Virus record (IMG/VR): IMGVR_UViG_3300035534_000051
Span: 1 to 26,468 of that record
Length of the DNA: 26,468 nucleotides
Source of the DNA: a virus
Taxonomy: Duplodnaviria > Caudoviricetes
Direction: 5' to 3' (one strand)
Each line of letters starts with the position of its first letter. Position 1 is the stretch's first letter. Position numbers and translations under genes: made by a program. Positions 15,676 to 22,842 of the stretch are shown here, piece by piece. Below the pieces are notes generated by a model that had not been told where the DNA came from, did not search any database, and saw only the letters and a program-made list of their open reading frames with translations.

Positions 15676-16512
15676 ATGAAAACGAATAAGCTAACCGGGC
15701 TCAAGGTCCACTTTATATCTCTTGTAAAGCGCGGCGCGAACCGGCGATCTATCGTCTGGAAGTCAGACAAGGGGCCAGGGGAAACGCTGGACTCAAGCGT
15801 CCGATTGGTCAAGACCGACGAAGAGAAGCGGATTGTTTATGGGGTTGTGTATGCCCCGGAAGAAATCGACTCCCAGGGTGATTGGACCACGGCAGATGAG
15901 ATCGAAAAAGCGGCCCACTCCTTTCTGCGAACCATGGCCCAGCATCATGTTGACGTGGAGCATGACTTTGCTCCGGTGGAAGGTGTGTACGTGGCCGAGT
16001 CGTGGGTGCTTTGTGGCGAGGATAGCAGATTTAAGAAAGAGAGGGAGGGGTCTTGGGTCGTAGGAATCAAAGTCGAAGATGACGACACCTGGGACGCTGT
16101 AAAGAATGGAGACGTGCAGGGAATATCAATGGCTGGAACGGCAAAGCGAACGCTGGATTCCCCGCCGATAAAAAAGTCAGATGACACCGGAGTTCTAAAG
16201 AAAATTATCAACCTTTTGAAAACGCAGGAGACGAGAATGGACAAGAAGGAAATGCAAGAGGCCGTGGAAAACGCGCTCAAGCCGGTGACGGAAAAAATTG
16301 ACGCACTGGAAAAAGCCGCAAAAGAGCGTGACGAAGCCGGTGAAGACAAGAAGGGACACGGCGATAAGACTGACGCGGTAGCCGATGCCCTCAAGTCGAT
16401 CTCGGACCGTCTGGACGCTATCGAAAAGTCCAGCAAGGGCACCAAGCAGGGGGATGCGGGAGCCCCGGACGATGTATCTGAAATGCTCAAGCGCATGAGC
16501 GGCGAAGAATAA
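15676..16512 (+). CDS. XkdF-like prohead serine protease with C-terminal scaffold-like coiled coil
   Basis: ISLV..GAN; EEKRIVYGVVY.P...DSQGD....EIEKAAH.F; ESW; W..VK.G...G.S..G. Confidence 0.88.
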   Translation: MKTNKLTGLKVHFISLVKRGANRRSIVWKSDKGPGETLDSSVRLVKTDEEKRIVYGVVYAPEEIDSQGDWTTADEIEKAAHSFLRTMAQHHVDVEHDFAPVEGVYVAESWVLCGEDSRFKKEREGSWVVGIKVEDDDTWDAVKNGDVQGISMAGTAKRTLDSPPIKKSDDTGVLKKIINLLKTQETRMDKKEMQEAVENALKPVTEKIDALEKAAKERDEAGEDKKGHGDKTDAVADALKSISDRLDAIEKSSKGTKQGDAGAPDDVSEMLKRMSGEE

Positions 16513-16527
16513 GGGAGGCGCTAACAC

Positions 16528-17175
16528 ATGACACAGACACTTGGAATGACCACTGCAAGCCAAACGGTTACCTCTGTCCTGGGGGATCACCCCGTAGTAC
16601 AGAAGCCGATCACGCTTAAGTCCGTAGGCGCAACCCTTACGCTCAAGTGCGGAACCGTTTTGGCAAGAGCCTTCGGCACGACGGTGACCGAAGGTAGTGA
16701 GAATGTCGGCGACGGCGCTATGGGCACCGTAACCCTTAAGAGTGCGGCCGTGCCTGAAACATTTACCCTGACCTGTACTGCGGAATCGCTCGATGCAGGC
16801 ACGTTTTCTGTCGTCGGATCGAAGACTGGTGTCCATGCGGATCTGACCGTGGGGACCGCCTATGATAATGGGTTCTTTGCCGTTACCCTTGCTGACGGTG
16901 CCGAGGACTTCGATGAGGGAGATACGTTCACCATTACTGTTGAGGGTGGAACCTATGAGAGGCTCGATCCAGACAGCAGCAGCGGAAAACAGACTGCCGT
17001 TACTGTCCTACTCGAAGACGTGACAGTCCCCGCATCTGGGAACGAAAAGGCTGTGGCCCTGGCCCACGGGGTTGTCGTGGCCGACAATCTTGTATTTACC
17101 CATACCGGCATCACTGACGAGGAAAAGGCGCAAGCCCTCGCAGACCTCGAAGCCGTCGGAATCTATCACGTCTAG
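16528..17175 (+). CDS. Head decoration protein (lambda gpD-like) with an inserted beta-rich domain
   Basis: L..GTVL N-terminus and 'AL..L...GI' C-terminus; lies between protease and capsid genes. Confidence 0.75.
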   Translation: MTQTLGMTTASQTVTSVLGDHPVVQKPITLKSVGATLTLKCGTVLARAFGTTVTEGSENVGDGAMGTVTLKSAAVPETFTLTCTAESLDAGTFSVVGSKTGVHADLTVGTAYDNGFFAVTLADGAEDFDEGDTFTITVEGGTYERLDPDSSSGKQTAVTVLLEDVTVPASGNEKAVALAHGVVVADNLVFTHTGITDEEKAQALADLEAVGIYHV

Positions 17176-17186
17176 GAGGGCTGATA

Positions 17187-18212
17187 ATGAGTATTACTTT
17201 TGACGAATTCAAGTGGCGGAATATGACAGCGGCGATCAACCGCAGGAAACCCGCTCCGCACTTCCTCAAGGACATGTTTTTCCCCGAGAGTAAGACAAAC
17301 CAGTCTGATACTATCGATGTTGATATTACTATCGGTGGGAAACAGGTTGTTCCCTTTGTATCCCCTATTGAGGGGGGAACCGTAGTCTCGAAACTTGGTC
17401 GGGAAATGCGTTCGGTCAAGACTCCCCGGCTCCGGCCGAAAAAGGAGTTCGGGGCCCAGGAGCTTCTGACTAACCGGGCACCCAGCGGAACCTTTTACGC
17501 AAAGGGTGGGGATATTACGCGGGAGCGTGAGCGCAAGGTGGGTGAAGAGCTTGCCGATCTCAAAAACCGGATCGACGTTACCAAAGAGTGGATGTGTGCC
17601 CAGGCAATGACTGGCACTATCACTGTTTCCCAGGAGAACGTAGCCTTTGAAGTCGATTATCAGTTGCCGGTGACTCACAAGCCGACAGCGGAAGACTTGT
17701 GGACTGCTGAAGGGACGACGGATCAGGATGTCTTTGATGATCTCCAGGCATGGTCAGACCTGATCGGAGAGGGAATTGGCACGGGTGCCGATACCCTTGT
17801 GCTTGGTTCTACTGCTGCAAGTGCTTTCCTGAATCTGGCGAAAGACAGTAAGTGGTTTGACGCGGCAAGGGCGAATGCTGGGAGCATAGCCCTTAATTTT
17901 GCGTCTAACTATATCGGAAATGTCGGCGGAATAGCCGTTTATCGGTACTCCAAGAAATACACTGATGCCAACGGCGACGCGCAGTATCTGGTCAACCCGA
18001 ACGCCGCAATTATGGCATCAAAAGACGCTAGACGGACTCTTGAGCATGGTTTGATCCTTGACCTTAAGGCGAATGCCCGTGTGGTAGCTGAATACTTTGC
18101 CAAGTCGTGGCTGAATGAAGATCCCTCGGCCCTCTGGATGCTTGCCGAGTCACGCCCCCTGCCGGTCCTCTGGGAGCCGGAAGGGATTATCTATGCGACC
18201 GTTGCCGGGTAG
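17187..18212 (+). CDS. Major capsid protein (lambda gpE family)
   Basis: FL...FFP, PFVSP..G, RI....EWM.AQA..G, ES.PLPV motifs. Confidence 0.92.
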   Translation: MSITFDEFKWRNMTAAINRRKPAPHFLKDMFFPESKTNQSDTIDVDITIGGKQVVPFVSPIEGGTVVSKLGREMRSVKTPRLRPKKEFGAQELLTNRAPSGTFYAKGGDITRERERKVGEELADLKNRIDVTKEWMCAQAMTGTITVSQENVAFEVDYQLPVTHKPTAEDLWTAEGTTDQDVFDDLQAWSDLIGEGIGTGADTLVLGSTAASAFLNLAKDSKWFDAARANAGSIALNFASNYIGNVGGIAVYRYSKKYTDANGDAQYLVNPNAAIMASKDARRTLEHGLILDLKANARVVAEYFAKSWLNEDPSALWMLAESRPLPVLWEPEGIIYATVAG

Positions 18213-18235
18213 CCTCTGGCGACCTTCCTCCGAAA

Positions 18236-18267
18236 GAGGCTCCAAGGTTTAAGCCTTGGGGCCTCTG
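18236..18267 (+). terminator. Stem-loop after the capsid gene
   Basis: AGAGGCTCCAAGG-N6-CCTTGGGGCCTCT; weak U tract. Confidence 0.55.
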
Positions 18268-18294
18268 ATTGTAAGAAGATGACAAGGATTTGCA

Positions 18295-18732
18295 ATGCTC
18301 GATTGGTCTTTGATCAAGAATTTTGTGCGAAGGGAATGGCCCGAAGATCCTGATAAGGCGTCACCAGTGCTTGTCCGTGTCATGGACGAACTTTATGAAA
18401 ACGCGGCTCATGTCCTTGGGCGCGATCCCGAGATAACTATTGAAAAATGCTGGGAGGCTGACGACCACGGCGAAAAGTCTTTTCACGCTACGGGGCAAGC
18501 CGTCACTTTCCGCTTCGGACCGGATATACCGCTTGCTCACCAGTTTGCACTGATTACGGCTCACTCGCAGGTTGGAGATATTGGCCTGATTATGAATGAC
18601 GGACACACTGACCGTTGGGATGTCACCATCCGGAGTGGGAATATTCGGAAGTACTGGTATCAGGACAAAAACGCTGGCCCCATGGAGATGATCGAGGCGA
18701 TCAACCTTAAGGATCTGGCACGAGGGTATTAG
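18295..18732 (+). CDS. Peptidase M15-like fold protein, apparently with degenerate Zn ligands
   Basis: W..IKNF...E...LV..MD.L....G....I......H...S.H..G.A pattern and 'G.IG'; the canonical A.D and H.D residues read AVT and WDVT. Confidence 0.55.
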   Translation: MLDWSLIKNFVRREWPEDPDKASPVLVRVMDELYENAAHVLGRDPEITIEKCWEADDHGEKSFHATGQAVTFRFGPDIPLAHQFALITAHSQVGDIGLIMNDGHTDRWDVTIRSGNIRKYWYQDKNAGPMEMIEAINLKDLARGY

Positions 18733-18733
18733 C

Positions 18734-19126
18734 ATGGCATACGCCGAAGTGAGCGACCTCTATGATACTGTGATGCAGGACAAACTTGACGCGCTGGTGG
18801 ACGACGAGGGGGACGGGTCTATGATCGATGCAAGGCTTGTTGAGGCGGTGGACCGGGCAAGCGCAGAGATGGACACCTATATCAGCGAGCAATACGATCT
18901 TCCCCTTGAAGAGCCTTTCCCCCCTGTATTGACGAAAATTGCTTGTGACATAGCCGTTTATGCGATTTTTGCTCACGCTTACGACGATGTGCCTGTTACC
19001 CGGCGCGACCGATACAAGGATGCTGTGGCGATGCTCGAACAGATAAGGACGGGAGAGATATCCCTTATCAAGACCACGGGGGAAACCCCCTCTGGCGCAG
19101 GTCGGGTGGGTTGGTATGCGATTTAG
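18734..19126 (+). CDS. Head-tail adaptor (Mu gp36 / DUF1320-like)
   Basis: MAYA...DL; AS.E.D.YI...Y.LPL...P..L...ACDIA.Y; RY.DA...L..I..G.ISL. Confidence 0.88.
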   Translation: MAYAEVSDLYDTVMQDKLDALVDDEGDGSMIDARLVEAVDRASAEMDTYISEQYDLPLEEPFPPVLTKIACDIAVYAIFAHAYDDVPVTRRDRYKDAVAMLEQIRTGEISLIKTTGETPSGAGRVGWYAI

Positions 19127-19562
19127 TTTGTCGGAAATTGAAGATGCGATATTGGCATTGCTTGAGCCGCTGAAGGTCAGCCTCGGTGTTAGGACGGTGA
19201 AGGCGTACCAAGGTGAGCTTGAATCTCCCGACTTCGGGAAAATGATCGTCTTTTTCCCCGGGATCTTTCTTTATTACTCTGGGAGCACATCTGAACTGGT
19301 CAACAGGCGGGTGGTCGAAACCATGGAATGGTCGGTTTTTGCCGCTGACAGGTCGTTTAGGGGCGATGAGACGGCAAGGAGGGGTGGCACAAAGGGAGTT
19401 GGTACCTACGCGCTTATTAGTGCCATTGCGGACGTGCTACGAGGTCAAAAAGTGTGTGGTGGGGTCCTTATCCCGGTTGGCACAGAGTCAATCGCTTACT
19501 CACAGCGGAACGCCGTTTCTGTTTATGAAAGCCGCTTTCGCATCGACATTATGGAAGGCTAA
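19116..19562 (+). CDS. Tail terminator / Mu gp37-like protein
   Basis: EIEDAI...L; V..Y.GEL; G.Y.LI......L.G; follows the gp36-like gene. Confidence 0.7.
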   Translation: MRFSLSEIEDAILALLEPLKVSLGVRTVKAYQGELESPDFGKMIVFFPGIFLYYSGSTSELVNRRVVETMEWSVFAADRSFRGDETARRGGTKGVGTYALISAIADVLRGQKVCGGVLIPVGTESIAYSQRNAVSVYESRFRIDIMEG

Positions 19563-19564
19563 TC

Positions 19565-19762
19565 ATGAGCCCAGATCCCCTAGATATAATCGACGCGGCC
19601 TCACAGCAGTTTGTGGCGGAGCTTGCGGCACTCCCGAGGCGAGTAGATAGTCTGGAATCGGAGATTCGGACGGTCAAGCGCGTTCTTGCCTGTGCGTCTG
19701 CTGTGCTCTTCTTTGTGGCCGCAGAGGTGGCGCGAAACCTTATCAGGCAAAACCTGGGATAG
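19565..19762 (+). CDS. Small coiled-coil plus single-TM protein (holin/XhlA-like), 65 aa
   Basis: GGAAGG RBS; RRVDSLESEIRTVKR then hydrophobic VLACASAVLFFVAAEVA. Confidence 0.6.
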   Translation: MSPDPLDIIDAASQQFVAELAALPRRVDSLESEIRTVKRVLACASAVLFFVAAEVARNLIRQNLG

Positions 19763-19768
19763 CTAAAA

Positions 19769-20422
19769 GTGTTAAGACTTCTCAAAAACGCAAAAAGTAG
19801 AGTTGATAACGAGCGGCAGACTGTGGACGCTACAAAGGCGCGGCTTAAAATTATTGCGGAAGAGATCTCGAACGCAACGACCGAAGCGAGGAAGCAGCGG
19901 GACGAACTGCGCAGGTTGCGAGACGGATATGAATCACTTTCGCTACAACTCATTACCATGGCGAACTCTGCCGGTTTTTTGTGGCACAAGGATGCAGAAG
20001 GTCGGTTTCTTTTCGCCAGTCAGGACTGGTGCAATTTTTTCTGGCGCGATCACGCCTGTGATGTGGTTGGATTTACCGATCAAGAGCTGGCAGAGCGTTT
20101 TAGGATTCGGTTTCCAAAGGGAGTATTTACATTCGGAGATACAACGACCTGTGTTGGTTCTGACGTGATCACTATTGAAAAAAGAGCCCGGTGCCGTTTT
20201 TTTGAACTTGGCGAAGTCAGGGAATGCCCGGAAGATACGTCCCCAAAAGTTATCCTGCAAACAGAAAAAACGCCCCTGTACAGTAAAGCCGGGCGGTTCA
20301 TTGGCACGGTGGGAATGGCAATGAAGTTGTCGTGGGATGAATTTTGTCAGATGCGAAAGTCCCTGAACGAATCTGGGCGACTAAAAAAATTTTGTGAAAC
20401 CCTCTACCTGATCAATGATTGA
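19769..20422 (+). CDS. Coiled-coil plus PAS domain protein (217 aa)
   Basis: PAS signature 'LW.KD.EGRFLFAS...VVG.TD.EL' and PAC 'KTPLY...GRFIGTVG.A'; no kinase, GGDEF or other output domain. Confidence 0.85.
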   Translation: MLRLLKNAKSRVDNERQTVDATKARLKIIAEEISNATTEARKQRDELRRLRDGYESLSLQLITMANSAGFLWHKDAEGRFLFASQDWCNFFWRDHACDVVGFTDQELAERFRIRFPKGVFTFGDTTTCVGSDVITIEKRARCRFFELGEVRECPEDTSPKVILQTEKTPLYSKAGRFIGTVGMAMKLSWDEFCQMRKSLNESGRLKKFCETLYLIND

Positions 20423-20424
20423 AC

Positions 20425-20604
20425 ATGGATATAGCAGACATCGCACAGCTTTCAGTGGAGTGGGCGGAAATTCCACTGATGGTCCAACCTGGGGAAGGTA
20501 CGACCCATTGCGTCGATTGTGGAGAAAAGATCCCCGAAGCTCGAAAAGCCGCCTATCCACCGTGTATTCGGTGCGCTGAATGCCAAGAGGACTGGGAAAG
20601 ATGA
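20425..20604 (+). CDS. TraR/DksA C4-type zinc-finger protein (59 aa)
   Basis: N-terminal DxxDxA (DIADIA) and CVDCGE.IP.AR..A.P....C.ECQ. Confidence 0.9.
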   Translation: MDIADIAQLSVEWAEIPLMVQPGEGTTHCVDCGEKIPEARKAAYPPCIRCAECQEDWER

Positions 20605-21020
20605 TGTTTGCTCAATTACTTCGAGTTAGAACCGGCGAACAAGGAACCTTCGGGGTCTTTGCTATTAACGGTTTTTGTTGCCGGACGGTTGAACTGCCGT
20701 GGAAAGAAAATCGGCAAAACGTTTCTTGCATACCGAAGGGCGGCTATGTCGCTGAATTGCGGCAATCTCCAAGATACGGGGAAGTTTTTTTAATTAAGGA
20801 CGTTCCGGGGCGAAGTGGGATCTTGATTCATTCTGGGAATCTTGCCGGAGACATTTTTAAGGGCTGGCGGTCCCATTCGGAGGGTTGCATTTTGCTTGGT
20901 GAATACGACGGGTACCTTGGAAAACAGAGGGCGGTTTTGAACTCACGGGAAACAGTGCGTTCATTGGCCGAGGTCACGTGCGGCGAGTCATTCATCCTTG
21001 AAATAAGCGAGATGTACTGA
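20601..21020 (+). CDS. DUF5675-family protein, putative endolysin/cell-wall enzyme
   Basis: GTFG, T.ELPW..N..SCIP.G.Y, VPGRSGILIH.GN, SEGCIL.G. Confidence 0.8.
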   Translation: MMFAQLLRVRTGEQGTFGVFAINGFCCRTVELPWKENRQNVSCIPKGGYVAELRQSPRYGEVFLIKDVPGRSGILIHSGNLAGDIFKGWRSHSEGCILLGEYDGYLGKQRAVLNSRETVRSLAEVTCGESFILEISEMY

Positions 21021-21553
21021 TGATCTTTTCAAGTCTTATCGGCGGCGGTATTACTGGCATTCTGGGATCTCTTATCTCGAACGTTACGGATATATGGAAG
21101 GACCATGCAAGGCGCAAGCACGATTTGGCATTGCGTAGGCTCGATCTCGAAATGATGGACAAAGAATGGGAATATCGGGACCGAGCGAGCGAGCGAGAAG
21201 GGGAGACCCGGCTAGTGGAGTCCGGCGACGACATGCGGGCTGCGTCTTTCAAAGCCGACCGGCTCGCTTATGCCAGAGGCCTCAACTTGAATTCCCTATG
21301 GCTCAAGGCGTCGCTTGTCTTTGTCGATGTTGTCCGTGGGTTAGTCAGACCCGGATTGACACTTTATCTGGTCTGGGTTGTCCAGGCTACGCGAAGTGAA
21401 ACCGAGGCAATTATCAGGGCGGCGGGGTTAGAAACGATCAATGCGACACAAGCGCTGACAATCTACTCTGCCACTGTCGATATGCTTCTTTTTTTGGCGG
21501 CAACCGCCGTGACGTGGTGGTTCGGAACCAGACCTATCAAAAAAAACAAGTAA
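21020..21553 (+). CDS. Holin-like membrane protein (3TM holin type)
   Basis: Gly-rich hydrophobic N-terminus, 'VRG.VRP.LT', C-terminal 'WWFG.R' plus basic tail. Confidence 0.7.
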   Translation: MIFSSLIGGGITGILGSLISNVTDIWKDHARRKHDLALRRLDLEMMDKEWEYRDRASEREGETRLVESGDDMRAASFKADRLAYARGLNLNSLWLKASLVFVDVVRGLVRPGLTLYLVWVVQATRSETEAIIRAAGLETINATQALTIYSATVDMLLFLAATAVTWWFGTRPIKKNK

Positions 21554-21566
21554 ACAGGAGAAAACT

Positions 21567-22328
21567 ATGCCTCAAGCCCCTAGTCCGGAAAACTATCTCT
21601 ATGGCAAAGGTGAAATCTTTTTCAAGCCCTCTGGCGAAGATGGGTACCTTCACCTTGGAAACTGCCCCGCCTTTGCGTTGAATGTCGAACTTGAGAAGTC
21701 CGAACACTACTCTTCAATGGCCGGGACAAAGGAAAAAGATCTGTCCAAGGTGATCCAGAAGACGGTCAAAAGCTCGATCACTTTGGAGGAACTTTCACCC
21801 GCCAACTTGAATCTGGCGTTGATGGGTGGAGCCATTGTGGAAACCACCCAGGCCGAATCGGAGCTGGACGGGCTAGAGGTGGCGGTGGAGACTGGCCGCT
21901 TTGTGCCCATTTCGGAAGGAAAGATCCGCTTGTCTGATGTGGTTGTGACTGACGCAGCAACAAGCCCTACCACCACCTATACCGAGGGTGTGGACTACAT
22001 TGTAAGCCGTGAAGCGGGGATGATTATGTCGTTGCCAACGGGGTCTATTACCACGTCTTGTTTCGTAACCGCGACCGTTAACTCAGTCACAAAGGCCACC
22101 ATTTCCCCACTGTCACAGTCATCGGTGGCGGGGGAACTTTACTTTGTAGGGAATCCTGACATCGGTCCAAAGTGGCAAGTGCGCGGCTGGAACGTGGAAA
22201 TATCTCTTAATGGTGAGATACCATTTATCTCGGAAGATATTGCACAGATCACCGTGGAAGCCGAGTTTCAGGCCGATCGAGCATCCCATCCCTCTTCCCC
22301 GTTCTTTGAAGCCGTCAACGTGGCGTAA
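21567..22328 (+). CDS. Major tail (tube) protein
   Basis: Y.YGKG, LGNCP.F, EHYSS..G....D, L.E....NL.LAL.G; precedes chaperone and tape measure genes. Confidence 0.82.
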   Translation: MPQAPSPENYLYGKGEIFFKPSGEDGYLHLGNCPAFALNVELEKSEHYSSMAGTKEKDLSKVIQKTVKSSITLEELSPANLNLALMGGAIVETTQAESELDGLEVAVETGRFVPISEGKIRLSDVVVTDAATSPTTTYTEGVDYIVSREAGMIMSLPTGSITTSCFVTATVNSVTKATISPLSQSSVAGELYFVGNPDIGPKWQVRGWNVEISLNGEIPFISEDIAQITVEAEFQADRASHPSSPFFEAVNVA

Positions 22329-22339
22329 GGTAGGACTCT

Positions 22340-22723
22340 ATGCGGAAGCGAAGCACGATCAAGATTGATGATAGAGAAATCACGGTAAAGGAACTCACAG
22401 TCAAAGATGTACTGGAAATATTTGAGGCCGGGGGAGACCTTGAGAAAATGGACCTTTTTGAGCTGGTCAAAGTCCATCTTCCCAAAGCCGTAGATTTGAC
22501 CATTGATGACATGAAATCCATGGCCCCTTCCGATCTGGTTACCGTTTATGAGGCGTGGCGGGAGGTCAATTCAGCTTTTTTCAGGATAGCCCAGGCGGTC
22601 GGTCTGGGCGCAATCCTGAAAGAACTTGCAGCGGCGATGCAAAAAGACTTTATGACCCTGTTTTTCGCCTCATTGAAGCGGGACACCGCGACGTATGGGG
22701 TTACGGATGGGGAACCTTCATAA
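22340..22723 (+). CDS. Tail assembly chaperone (gpG-like)
   Basis: I.VKELTV..; EVN..FF; located between tail tube and tape measure genes. Confidence 0.8.
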   Translation: MRKRSTIKIDDREITVKELTVKDVLEIFEAGGDLEKMDLFELVKVHLPKAVDLTIDDMKSMAPSDLVTVYEAWREVNSAFFRIAQAVGLGAILKELAAAMQKDFMTLFFASLKRDTATYGVTDGEPS

Positions 22724-22842
22724 AGGCAGTTGAGAGCAATCAGACGGCCCGTGACGAACGGATCAAGGATTTAGCACTTGCCGTTCGTTACGGGTCACTC
22801 ATGGACCAAAAAACATTCACTCGGTGGCTAAATGGCTCGTAG
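22555..22842 (+). CDS. Tail assembly chaperone gpT-like segment, probably reached by -1 frameshift
   Basis: Open -1 frame overlapping the chaperone 3' end; 'LIEAGH..VW.Y.W..F'; slippery candidates T TTT TTC (22576) and G TTT TTC (22660). Confidence 0.65.
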   Translation: MAGGQFSFFQDSPGGRSGRNPERTCSGDAKRLYDPVFRLIEAGHRDVWGYGWGTFIKAVESNQTARDERIKDLALAVRYGSLMDQKTFTRWLNGS

